Shown here: piece by piece, positions 1-9,200 of the stretch
How positions within the stretch are numbered: position 1 is the first letter of the stretch
How the letters are laid out: each line of letters begins with the position of its first letter
Source: Gemmatimonadales bacterium
GTDB taxonomy: Bacteria > Gemmatimonadota > Gemmatimonadetes > Gemmatimonadales > GWC2-71-9
NCBI GenBank assembly: GCA_041615815.1
Contig: JBFJCP010000022.1
Span: forward strand, 1 to 64,000
Reading direction: 5' to 3'
DNA: 64,000 bases
Program-made: the position numbers and the translations under genes
The notes under the pieces: model-generated
Seen by the model: the letters and a program-made list of their open reading frames with translations, nothing else
The model's database searches: none
What the model was told of the DNA's origin: nothing

Positions 1-1
1 C

Positions 2-1186
2 ACGATGTTTCCCACGCAGACCGATCCGTACATGTATGTGTCGGGTCCGCCTCTGCACGTCATTTCCATGAATCTCATGCAGCGCTTCCGGGAGGATCTC
101 GGCTTCGAATTTCCGGTATCGTTCTCCGCGGGCGTCGATGCAAAAAACTTTCCGCATGCGGTTGCCTGCGGCATGGTCCCCGTGACGACGTGCACCGATC
201 TCCTTCGCCAGGGCGGATACGGTCGACTTCCAGCGTACCTGCGGGGCCTCGCGCGGCAAATGCAGAATCTGGGTGTGACGAGCCGAGAGGCGTTCGTGCT
301 TGCCACGCGCGGGAGGGCTGCGGAGGCCGTACAGGCGGCGCTGCAGCAGACTCAGGATGGGGCGCGAACGTGGCGCCTCGAAGGTTCGCGTCTCTCGGAG
401 ATCGCAAATGAGGAGCCAGACAGCCTCCCGCTCGCGCTGCGTGAGACGGCCACCGCCCTCGGGATCGACCCCGACGCCTTCGTGCTCCTGACCACCCGCA
501 TCGCCGGCCGGCTGAACGGCCGCGACATCGTGCCGGCGCTGGCCGAGGATCCACGCTACCATGCCCGCGCCAATGGCAAGACCCCCCGCCAGATCGACAG
601 CCAGCTCGCGCTCTATGACTGCATCAACTGCGACCTCTGTATCGCCGCGTGTCCCAACGACGCCATCTTTGCCTACGAAGCAGAGCCGACGCGGACAGAC
701 ACAGAGCTATTGTCCCAGGGACCGGATGGGGATCTCCGGCGGCAGACCGGTGCTGGGTTTACCATCGAGGAGATTCACCAGCTCGCGGTGCTGAGCGGCG
801 CCTGCAACGAATGCTCGAATTGCGAGGTCTACTGCCCCGAATCTGGCGCACCGTTTCAGCTCAAGGAGCGGGTCTTTCTCAATCGCGCCGACTGTGACGC
901 ATCCCCGCACGTCGACGGTTTCTGGCGCGAGAATGACGTGCTGCATGCGCGCCTTGCAGGACGGCGGATCCAGCTCACCTTGGGCGCCGATGGCAAATCC
1001 GGTACACTGCGGGGCGACGGTTTACGACTCGATCTCTCATGGGAGCCCCTTGGCGTGCGTGGCGGTGAAATCTCGGCGACGTCTCCCCCCTTCGACACTG
1101 CGCACCTCTGGCGCCTGAAGACGGTTTGGAACGCGATCTTCCATTCCGCGACTCCCAACATGGTGAACCCCGGAACCCCACCGTGA
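2..1186 (+). CDS. YgfK-like oxidoreductase, 5' partial (end of N-terminal barrel domain plus 2x[4Fe-4S] ferredoxin domain)
   Basis: MYVSG..PVSFSAG..TCTDLLRQGGYGRL resembles the YgfK N-terminal domain. Two ferredoxin motifs (CINCDLCIAACP, CNECSNCEVYCP). Directly upstream of ssnA; frame open to the window edge. Confidence 0.75.
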   Translation, partial: TMFPTQTDPYMYVSGPPLHVISMNLMQRFREDLGFEFPVSFSAGVDAKNFPHAVACGMVPVTTCTDLLRQGGYGRLPAYLRGLARQMQNLGVTSREAFVLATRGRAAEAVQAALQQTQDGARTWRLEGSRLSEIANEEPDSLPLALRETATALGIDPDAFVLLTTRIAGRLNGRDIVPALAEDPRYHARANGKTPRQIDSQLALYDCINCDLCIAACPNDAIFAYEAEPTRTDTELLSQGPDGDLRRQTGAGFTIEEIHQLAVLSGACNECSNCEVYCPESGAPFQLKERVFLNRADCDASPHVDGFWRENDVLHARLAGRRIQLTLGADGKSGTLRGDGLRLDLSWEPLGVRGGEISATSPPFDTAHLWRLKTVWNAIFHSATPNMVNPGTPP

Positions 1187-2586
1187 GCAACGTTACGCTA
1201 CTCGGCAACGGCGTGGTCGTCCCCCGGCACGGGAAATCGGACGTCATTACCGCCGGCGCTGTGGCATGGCAGGGTGAGCGGATCATCGGTGTGGGGCCGG
1301 GACGCGACCTCAAAGCAGCATATCCAGACGCCCGATTCCTCGACGCCCGGGGCGGCCTCATCATGCCCGGCCTGGTGAACCTACACCACCACTTCTACTC
1401 GGCGTTGGCTCGCGGTCTCGACCCCGGGGCCCCGATGACGAACTTCACCGAAGTGTTGGATCGGCTGTGGTGGCGCCTGGATCGCGCGCTCGATGCCGAC
1501 ACCGTCCAGGTTTCGGCCGAGCTCTCGGCGGCGGATTGTATCCGATGGGGTTGTACCACGGTGTTCGACCATCACGCATCGCCATCGTGCATTGCCGGAA
1601 GCCTCAACGTCATTGCCAACACCCTGGAACAGGCCGGTCTCTCCGCAGTCCTGTGCTACGAAGTGACCGATAGGAACGGCCACCAGGACGCCGTTGCCGG
1701 TCTCAATGAGAATCTCGAGTTCATCGATGCCCGACGGCACCACCCGCGCATCCGGGGGACGATTGGGCTCCACGCGAGCTTCACGCTGCGGGACGAGACC
1801 CTGGCGCTGGCCGCCAACCACCGGCCAAAGGAGTCAGGCTGTCACATCCACGTTGCCGAGGATCGCGTCGACATCTCGGCGTCCCGCGACGCCTTCGGGA
1901 GGGGACCGGTGGAGCGACTGCGAGAGTTCGGCTTGCTGGATAGTCGGAGTCTCCTCGCCCACGGCATCCACTTGGAGCCGCGTGACTACGGGACCATTGC
2001 CGATTCCGCCGGGGTCGTCATTCACAACCCCGAGTCCAATGCCAACAATGGCGTGGGCTACCTTGACGTCGTACGCGTGGCGAAGACCGGCTGTTGTGTC
2101 GGGCTGGGCACCGACGGTATGTCCTCGTCCATGCTGCGCGCCCTCCGCGCCGCCTTTCTCACGCACCGGGCTGTCCGCGAAGATCCAAGCGCCGGGTTCG
2201 AGGTAATGCCGGACCTGTTGGGAAACAACACGCGGATTGCGCGGGAGTTCTTCGCAGAGCCCCATCTGGGCGAGCTGGTTCCCGGTGCTCCAGCGGACGT
2301 GATCGCCATCGACGTGCAACCTCCAACGCCCATAGGGGCGGAGAATCTGTTCGGTCACTTGGTGTACGGCGCCACGGAAGTTCCGATTCGATACACCGTG
2401 GCAAGAGGGCAGCTCCTGCTGGACGACTTTGCCCATACCACTATCGACGTCGAGGGACTCGGCGCCCGGGCGCGCGAGCTCGCGCCAAGCCTGTGGAGCC
2501 GCTTTGCGGCTCTGCCCTGGGGTACTAGCTTCCTCGGGGAAAAAGACGAGATGACGATGAACCAACCACAGGAGCCGCGGAGTTGA
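1183..2586 (+). CDS. ssnA: Aminohydrolase SsnA (amidohydrolase superfamily)
   Basis: MPGLVNLHHHFYSALARGL, LWWRLDRALD, TTVFDHHASP, CYEVTDRNG, GLHASFTL, HIHVAED, HNPESN, LGTDG. GTG at 1183 overlaps the upstream TGA (GTGA). Confidence 0.88.
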   Translation: MSNVTLLGNGVVVPRHGKSDVITAGAVAWQGERIIGVGPGRDLKAAYPDARFLDARGGLIMPGLVNLHHHFYSALARGLDPGAPMTNFTEVLDRLWWRLDRALDADTVQVSAELSAADCIRWGCTTVFDHHASPSCIAGSLNVIANTLEQAGLSAVLCYEVTDRNGHQDAVAGLNENLEFIDARRHHPRIRGTIGLHASFTLRDETLALAANHRPKESGCHIHVAEDRVDISASRDAFGRGPVERLREFGLLDSRSLLAHGIHLEPRDYGTIADSAGVVIHNPESNANNGVGYLDVVRVAKTGCCVGLGTDGMSSSMLRALRAAFLTHRAVREDPSAGFEVMPDLLGNNTRIAREFFAEPHLGELVPGAPADVIAIDVQPPTPIGAENLFGHLVYGATEVPIRYTVARGQLLLDDFAHTTIDVEGLGARARELAPSLWSRFAALPWGTSFLGEKDEMTMNQPQEPRS

Positions 2587-4079
2587 CGGGGAGCGATCGT
2601 AGGGAGAATAGACGGCGGGCCGTGGAGCGGTGCCGGGAGCGAGGCATCGTGATCCCGACGTTCGCCGAAATGCGCGATCCGAAACGGATCGATCCCGCCA
2701 TCCGCCGCGCGCTCGGCACCGTCGGCCTGCACGATACGAATCCGCTCAACCTGTTTCGCATTACCTGGCATAACGACCCGAATACCGGCGGGTACGGGGA
2801 GGTCAACGCGTTCGAGCTCCCAACGGAACTCACCGGTGTTCCGGCCCGCATCATCGGACTGGTGGGTAAGCACTTCCCCACGGGCGCCCACAAGGTGGGA
2901 GCGGCATTCGGGTGCCTTGTCCCACGCCTGGTGAACGGTGAGTTCGACCCAACACGTCATCGAGCGGTTTGGCCCTCGACGGGCAACTACTGCCGCGGTG
3001 GGGCCTTCGACAGCGCTCTACTCGGCTGCCGCGCTGTTGCCATCCTCCCGGAAGGGATGAGTCGGGAGCGTTTCCAATGGCTCGAAAGGATCGGGGTCGA
3101 GATCATCGCCACTCCGGGGTCGGAGAGCAACGTCAAAGAAATCTTCGATGCTTGCTGGGAGATTCGGAAACACCAATCGGACGCCGTGATCTTCAACCAG
3201 TTCGACGAGTTCGGGAATTACCTGTGGCACTTCGGCGTCACGGGGCCGGCGGTGGAGTCAGTGTTTCAACGCGTGGGCGGTCCGGTTGACCGGGTTGCCG
3301 GATGGGTCGGTGCCACCGGATCGGCGGGCACCCTCGCCGCAGGCGACCACCTCAAGAACCTGCACCCCATGGCCAGGATCACCGCGGCGGAAGCCCTGCA
3401 ATGTCCCACGTTGCTCCAGGCTGGGTTCGGCGCACACCGTATCGAAGGTATCGGTGACAAGCACGTTCCCTGGATTCACAACGTTCGCAACACGGATTTC
3501 GTGGCCGCTATCGACGATGAGGCGGCCATGCGTCTGCTGCGACTCTTCAACGACCCCGCCGGTCGGGCTGTTCTGATGCAACAAGGTGTGCCGGAGGGTG
3601 TCGTGGATCAGCTCCCCTTACTCGGCATCTCGTCGATCTGCAATGTGCTGGCCGCGATCAAGACGGCACGGTACTTCGAGCTCGACGAGCATGACCTGCT
3701 CTTCACGTCGTTCACCGACTCCGTGGAATTGTACCAGACCCGTCTCACGGAGCTCGTAACCAAACGTGGCGCGTATACGCCGGTCCAAGCACGGGTGGAT
3801 TTCGAACGGTATTTACTAGGCGCCACGACGGATCACATCCGCGAGCTCACGTTCGCCGACCGCAAGCAGCTACACAATCTCAAGTACTTCACCTGGGTCG
3901 AACAGCAGGGCAAGAGTTCGGAAGAGCTCGACGCCCTGTGGACCCCATCATTTTGGCACGATCTGGTGGGTCAGCTCCCGCGTTGGGACGAAGCGATCGC
4001 CGCCTTCAATCGCGATACCGGCGCGCTCGATCACCTGAAACGCACACCAGCCACAGATACCAGCACGGCGACGCGCTGA
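2583..4079 (+). CDS. PLP-dependent fold-type II enzyme (cysteine synthase-like), function unknown
   Basis: FPTGAHKVGA (PLP lysine), PSTGNY, FNQF, GATGSAGT glycine loop, HRIEGIG. TTG start overlaps the ssnA stop. Confidence 0.8.
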   Translation: MTGSDRRENRRRAVERCRERGIVIPTFAEMRDPKRIDPAIRRALGTVGLHDTNPLNLFRITWHNDPNTGGYGEVNAFELPTELTGVPARIIGLVGKHFPTGAHKVGAAFGCLVPRLVNGEFDPTRHRAVWPSTGNYCRGGAFDSALLGCRAVAILPEGMSRERFQWLERIGVEIIATPGSESNVKEIFDACWEIRKHQSDAVIFNQFDEFGNYLWHFGVTGPAVESVFQRVGGPVDRVAGWVGATGSAGTLAAGDHLKNLHPMARITAAEALQCPTLLQAGFGAHRIEGIGDKHVPWIHNVRNTDFVAAIDDEAAMRLLRLFNDPAGRAVLMQQGVPEGVVDQLPLLGISSICNVLAAIKTARYFELDEHDLLFTSFTDSVELYQTRLTELVTKRGAYTPVQARVDFERYLLGATTDHIRELTFADRKQLHNLKYFTWVEQQGKSSEELDALWTPSFWHDLVGQLPRWDEAIAAFNRDTGALDHLKRTPATDTSTATR

Positions 4080-4091
4080 GGGGAGTTTTCG

Positions 4092-5333
4092 ATGACGCAG
4101 CGAGGTGCAAATGCACTCGCGGCTGCACGGCGTTATGAATCGGACGTCGTGCAGTTTTTGCGAGATATGATCGCCATTCCGGCGGAGAGTCTTCAAGAAG
4201 CCCAACGCGCCGAGCGCATCAAGCAGGAATACGAACGACTGGGATTCGATGAGGTCTTTTTCGACCGTCTGGGAAATGTCGTGGCACGGGTCGGCACCGG
4301 TCCGCTCAAGATTCTCATGGACGGGCACTTTGACTGCGTGGGTGTGGGCGACCCGGGCGCGTGGGCGCACGATCCCTTCAAGGGCAAATACGAGGATGGC
4401 AAGATCTGGGGGCGTGGCGCGGTCGACGAGCTCCCAGCCATCGCCTGTATGGCGTACGGCGCCAAAATACTCCAAGCGCAGGGAGCACTCGATGACGTCA
4501 CGCTGTTTCTATCGGCGACGGTGATGGAGGAAGACTGTGATGGATACTGTCTTCTTCACCTGATCGAAAAAGAGGGCATTCGGCCTGACGTAGTCGTGCT
4601 CGGTGAGCCTACGAACCTCAACGTCTACCGGGGACACCGGGGACGCGTGGAGGCCACCATTACTACCCGTGGGGTGTCGTCTCACGCGGCTCATCCGGAA
4701 CGCGGGGTCAACGCGCTCTACAAAATCGCCCCCATCATTACAGATATCGCAGCCCTGAACGAGACATTGCCAAGCGACGAGTTTCTCGGTAAGGGAACGG
4801 TGGTGGTCTCATCCATCGAGTGCACGACACCCTCGCTGAACGCCGTCCCGGACAGCGCTCGGATCTTCATCGACCGTCGCATGACGGCCGGCGAGACCGT
4901 GGAAGAAGTGCTCGCTCAACTCCGCGCGCTACCGCACGTCGGTGACGCACAGGTGGAGGTACTGTCGTACGACGCTACGAGTTGGCGGGGTGAGCAGGCC
5001 ATGCAGGAGAAGTTCTATCCGACGTGGGTGCTTCCCGAGGAGCATCCCCTGGTGCAGGGAGTGGCACAGGCCGTCAACATCGTGCTCGGAAAGCCACCAG
5101 CAATCTCACGGTGGTCGTTTTCTACGAACGGCGTTGCCAGCATGGGTCGGCATCGGATCCCTACGGTGGGATTCGCCCCAGGACTCGAGGAGCTGGCCCA
5201 CACCACCGGAGAGTGGGTCGCCGTGGACGACCTCATAAAGGCCACAGCGGTCTACAGTCTCATACCCGAACACTTGGCCCGGCGCAGGGAACAACTACTC
5301 AAGGGGAGTGAGGGAGGAGTGAGGAGCGGATGA
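4092..5333 (+). CDS. ygeY: YgeY-family M20 metallohydrolase
   Basis: DGHFDCVG, GRGAVD, TVMEEDCDG, GEPT..YRGHRGR, WSFSTNGVASMGRHRIPTVGFAPG match the YgeY pattern; GGAG RBS upstream. Confidence 0.85.
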   Translation: MTQRGANALAAARRYESDVVQFLRDMIAIPAESLQEAQRAERIKQEYERLGFDEVFFDRLGNVVARVGTGPLKILMDGHFDCVGVGDPGAWAHDPFKGKYEDGKIWGRGAVDELPAIACMAYGAKILQAQGALDDVTLFLSATVMEEDCDGYCLLHLIEKEGIRPDVVVLGEPTNLNVYRGHRGRVEATITTRGVSSHAAHPERGVNALYKIAPIITDIAALNETLPSDEFLGKGTVVVSSIECTTPSLNAVPDSARIFIDRRMTAGETVEEVLAQLRALPHVGDAQVEVLSYDATSWRGEQAMQEKFYPTWVLPEEHPLVQGVAQAVNIVLGKPPAISRWSFSTNGVASMGRHRIPTVGFAPGLEELAHTTGEWVAVDDLIKATAVYSLIPEHLARRREQLLKGSEGGVRSG

Positions 5334-6307
5334 CGAACACGCATCTCAAAGGTCGAGATCTTCTCAGCACGCAGGACTGGGCCCTGGACGAGCTGGAGAC
5401 CTTGTTCGACTTGGCAAAGGAGCTCAAGACCGCCAAGGCGGCTGGTCAGCTGACACCGCTGCTCATGGCCAAGACGCTCTACATGATCTTCTTCGATGCC
5501 TCCACCCGCACCCGAAATTCCTTCGAGACCGGAATGACGCAGCTGGGCGGGCATGGCATCTACCTCTCCCCTGATAAGATGCAGATCAGCCATGGAGAGA
5601 ACGCTCGCGACACCGCCAATGTGCTCTCTCGATACGGTGACGGGATCGCCATTCGGCACTGTGCGTACGACGAAGGCAACCGTTACCTCCGCGATGTCGC
5701 GGAGCATGCGAGCGTGCCGGTGATCAACATGCAGTGCGACGTATACCACCCCTGCCAGATTCTCGCCGACTATCTGACGATTCGAGAGAAGTTCGGCGAC
5801 ACCCGAGGCCTGAAGTTGGGAGTCTCGTGGACGAGTGCGCCGAACTACGTCCGTCCGATCTCGGTTCCCCAAAGCCTGATCTTGCTCATGCCACGATTCG
5901 GGATCGACGTGACGCTCGCGTACCCGCCCGAGTTCCAGCTCATGCCGCAGATCGAGGCTCAAGCCAAGGCCAACGCGGAGGCTGCAGGCGCAGAGTTCGA
6001 GATCGCCGACCGCTTCGAGGCGGCATTCGAAGATGCGGATGCGGTCATCCCCAAGTCGTGGGGTCCCCTGGTGAGCACGTCGGACCACGCCGAGGGCCTC
6101 CGTCTCATCGGGCAGTACCCCACGTGGCGTTGTGAGGGCAAGCACATGGCGCTCGGCAAGGGGCACGCGATCTACATGCACCCGCTCCCAGCAGATCGTG
6201 GCCGCGAGGTGACGGACGAGGTGATCGACGGTCCGCAGTCTGCCGTGTACGATCAGGCCGAGAATCGGCTGCACGTCCAAAAGGCTCTGCTGGCGCTCAC
6301 CTTGTAG
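5330..6307 (+). CDS. YgeW-like carbamoyltransferase (ATCase/OTCase family)
   Basis: STRTR, HPCQ, MHPLP, DQAENRLH. WTSAPNYVRPISVPQS and PKSWG resemble YgeW; no OTCase SMG motif. ATGA overlap with ygeY. Confidence 0.8.
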   Translation: MTNTHLKGRDLLSTQDWALDELETLFDLAKELKTAKAAGQLTPLLMAKTLYMIFFDASTRTRNSFETGMTQLGGHGIYLSPDKMQISHGENARDTANVLSRYGDGIAIRHCAYDEGNRYLRDVAEHASVPVINMQCDVYHPCQILADYLTIREKFGDTRGLKLGVSWTSAPNYVRPISVPQSLILLMPRFGIDVTLAYPPEFQLMPQIEAQAKANAEAAGAEFEIADRFEAAFEDADAVIPKSWGPLVSTSDHAEGLRLIGQYPTWRCEGKHMALGKGHAIYMHPLPADRGREVTDEVIDGPQSAVYDQAENRLHVQKALLALTL

Positions 6308-7567
6308 ATGGCTTCGTTCCGGTTTTGCTGCAGCGAATGTGGCACGCGGTACGGCGAACGCGAGGTTCGGTTGGTGTGCCCGGCGTGTGCTGAAAACCAA
6401 GAACGGGGTGGGGTCACTCGCGGGGTGCTGGACGTGATCCTGGACGAGCTCCCCAGTAGCTGGCCACGAGCGCCCTTGGCGAGCGGCGAGTTCCTGGCGT
6501 CGTTCCTGCCGGTCGAATCGCCGGCGTCGCTCGCCGCGCTCGCGGTCGGCGGAACGCCGTTGCTCGAGGTACCGCAGTTGCGGACACGAGTGGGCATATC
6601 CCACCTCTGGCTCAAAGACGACACGCGAAACCCCAGCGGATCCACCAAGGATCGGGCGTCGTTGCTCGTCGTGGCGAAAGCGCGCGAATACGGGTTGGAT
6701 ACCGTGGCCGCTGCGTCGACGGGAAACGCCGCCACGGCGCTCGCGGCGGTAGCCGCGGCGGCCGGGATTCGGGCCGTCGCCTTTGTACCGCATACGGCAC
6801 CGCAAGCCAAGCTCGCCCAGATGCTCAGCTATGGCGCCGACGTCGTTGCCATCGATGGTAGCTACGACCAGGCCTTCGATCTCTGCCTTGAAGCATGCGA
6901 AGCGTTCGGCTGGTACAACCGCAACACCGCGCTCAATCCTTTTACCATTGAGGGCAAGAAGACGGCGGGGCTGGAGATGGCTCGTCAGCTCTCGCCGGAC
7001 GTAGCCGACGCCGTTCTGGTCCCGACGGGAGACGGCGTGATCATCGCCGGAGTCGCTAAGGGGTTCGCGGATCTGTATCGCGCTGGTCTGGTCCCGAGCG
7101 TCCCCAGACTCATCGCGGTCCAGCCCGAAGGATCCGCCGGCATTGCTCACGCACTGCGCACGGGCGCTGAGCTTCCGACACTCGTCCCAGACGCCCACAG
7201 TGTCGCGGACAGTCTCACCGTCCAGATGCCACGGAATGGCCTGCACGCATTGAAGGTGATCCGAGCGTCAGGTGGGACCGGGGTGGTGGTCACCGACGAG
7301 GCCATCGTAGAGTCGATCGCGCTGTTGGCCCGAACCACGGGTGTCTTTGCCGAGCCCGCGGCGGCGGCGGCACTGGCGGGTCTCCTCGTCGCGCTGGACG
7401 AAGGGGTCGTGACGCCACGCGAACGCGTCGTGTTGTTGATCACGGGCACCGGACTCAAGGATGTGCCGGCCGCGCTCCGAGCAGTGGAGCGGCCTCGAGT
7501 CATTCCCCCGACTCTCGAGGCTGTCACGAGGCGTTTTGGGGAGGCCCAAGAACCGACCACGCGTTAG
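6308..7567 (+). CDS. Threonine synthase-like PLP enzyme
   Basis: N-terminal CxxC..CxxC, NPSGSTKDR, AASTGN, EGKKT, VPTGDG, FAEPA, LITGTGLKD. Starts immediately after the upstream TAG. Confidence 0.85.
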   Translation: MASFRFCCSECGTRYGEREVRLVCPACAENQERGGVTRGVLDVILDELPSSWPRAPLASGEFLASFLPVESPASLAALAVGGTPLLEVPQLRTRVGISHLWLKDDTRNPSGSTKDRASLLVVAKAREYGLDTVAAASTGNAATALAAVAAAAGIRAVAFVPHTAPQAKLAQMLSYGADVVAIDGSYDQAFDLCLEACEAFGWYNRNTALNPFTIEGKKTAGLEMARQLSPDVADAVLVPTGDGVIIAGVAKGFADLYRAGLVPSVPRLIAVQPEGSAGIAHALRTGAELPTLVPDAHSVADSLTVQMPRNGLHALKVIRASGGTGVVVTDEAIVESIALLARTTGVFAEPAAAAALAGLLVALDEGVVTPRERVVLLITGTGLKDVPAALRAVERPRVIPPTLEAVTRRFGEAQEPTTR

Positions 7568-7572
7568 CGCTC

Positions 7573-8955
7573 TCAGAGTACAGGCGCGCCACGCTTTACG
7601 AACTGCCCATGGCCGGGCGATCCCACGTACGTCCCATCGTCCACGATCACCTTCCCCCGTGACATGACGAGGGCGGGGGCTCCCCGGACCGTGCGCCCCT
7701 CGTACGGACTGTAGTCGACGCGCATGTGGAGATTGGCGGCGTTCAGCGTCAGTTCCTTGTCCGGATCCCATACAACGATATCCGCCAGCGATCCCGGCGC
7801 GATGGTTCCCCGTTCCGGCCAGAGCCCGAAGATCTTGGCCGGTGTCGTGGCTGTCAGCTCGACGAACCGATTGAGGCTGATGCGCTTACGCCCGACACCG
7901 CCATCGTACACGAGGCTCATCCGCGTCTCGATACCGGGAGCGCCGCCGGGAATCTTGGTGAAGTCTTCCTTACCGAGCTCCTTCTGCTCCTTCATACAGA
8001 AGGGACAGTGGTCCGTGGCGATCGTCTGGAGGTCGTTGCCGGCCAGCCCGCGCCACAACGCGTCCTGGGAGCCGTGAGCCCTGAGGGGCGGGCTCATGAC
8101 GTACTTGGCACCATCGAATCCGGGTGCCTCGTAGTGTTGGTATTCGAGAAAGAGGTATTGTGGGCATGTCTCGGCATAGGCGGGGAGACCGCGATCCCGT
8201 GCTTCGGTCACTACACCCAGCGCCTCGGCCGCCGAGAGGTGCACAATGTAGACGGGTACCTGGGCCATCTCCGCCAGCGCGATGGCCCGGTAGGTGGCCT
8301 CGGCCTCGGCGCGGGGGGGGCGCGTGAGCGCATGGTACTTGGGCGCGGTATGGCCTTGGGCTAGCGCTCGCTCCACGAGGACATCGATGACCGATCCGTT
8401 CTCGGCGTGCATACAAATGAGCCCGCCGTTCTCGCCACTGCGCAGCATGGCACGGAAGATGGCGCCATCGTCGAGCATGAGCCGATCAGGGTACGCCATG
8501 AACAGCTTGAACGACGTGATGCCCTCGCGAACCAGGGCGTCCATCTCCTGCTCGACTTGGTCGTTCAGATCGCTCACGATCATGTGAAATCCATAATCGA
8601 TGGCCGCCTTGCCTTCGGCTTTTGCCATCCATGTATCGAGAGCCGCGCGCAACGTCTCGCCCCGGAACTGCGTGGCGTAATCCACGATACAGGTCGTGCC
8701 ACCGAAGGCGGCCGCAATGGTCCCCGTTTCGAAGTCGTCCGACGACGTGGTGTTCCCAAACGGCATGTCCAAGTGTGTGTGCACGTCGATCCCACCGGGA
8801 ATGACGTGCTTCCCACCGGCGTCGATGATCCGGTCCGCGGTGACGTCGAGTTGGATTCCGATCGAGTCGATGGTGTCTCCATCCACCAATATGTCGCCCG
8901 CGTAGGCATCGCTGGGCGTGACGATCGTTCCGCCTCGGATGAGCGTTCGTGTCAT
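7573..8955 (-). CDS. hydA: Dihydropyrimidinase / D-hydantoinase
   Basis: IPGGIDVHTHLDMPF, AAAFGGTT, SFKLFMAY, MHAENG, YIVHLS, AETCPQYL, MSPPLR, TDHCPF. Confidence 0.93.
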   Translation of the reverse strand: MTRTLIRGGTIVTPSDAYAGDILVDGDTIDSIGIQLDVTADRIIDAGGKHVIPGGIDVHTHLDMPFGNTTSSDDFETGTIAAAFGGTTCIVDYATQFRGETLRAALDTWMAKAEGKAAIDYGFHMIVSDLNDQVEQEMDALVREGITSFKLFMAYPDRLMLDDGAIFRAMLRSGENGGLICMHAENGSVIDVLVERALAQGHTAPKYHALTRPPRAEAEATYRAIALAEMAQVPVYIVHLSAAEALGVVTEARDRGLPAYAETCPQYLFLEYQHYEAPGFDGAKYVMSPPLRAHGSQDALWRGLAGNDLQTIATDHCPFCMKEQKELGKEDFTKIPGGAPGIETRMSLVYDGGVGRKRISLNRFVELTATTPAKIFGLWPERGTIAPGSLADIVVWDPDKELTLNAANLHMRVDYSPYEGRTVRGAPALVMSRGKVIVDDGTYVGSPGHGQFVKRGAPVL

Positions 8956-9200
8956 GACACCTCTCGTACCGTCTCCATCGTTACGCCGGGCAACTCGCGA
9001 GAACCTGGTTCACCGGCGGGCAGCGCTGAGACGTCTGAGTTGAACGACAATGTTCGGATAAGATAGGAGAGGGGCAGGGGGGTGGCGAGCGTAGTGATGG
9101 AGAACCGATGGGTCCCGTGAACGCGCTTGGGTGGGTCGTGCGACCGCCAGGCGATGGAGGGAATAGCAGGAACCCTGACATTCTTTTGGTGGCTGGCCCA

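Noticed and set aside
5252..7246. 664-aa minus-strand ORF (and similar long ORFs at 19438-20886, 27698-29521, 38248-39579, 43329-45092, 54653-55984, 58390-59811)
   Set aside because: Antisense shadows of well-supported genes, expected at high GC; no motifs recognised.
2..7567. Selenocysteine recoding in the ygfK/ssnA/ygeY genes
   Set aside because: All TGA codons fall at natural ends, mostly overlapping the next start; no interrupted domain seen.
8956..9200. Purine-related riboswitch upstream of hydA
   Set aside because: No recognisable aptamer consensus by eye; an Infernal search would be needed.
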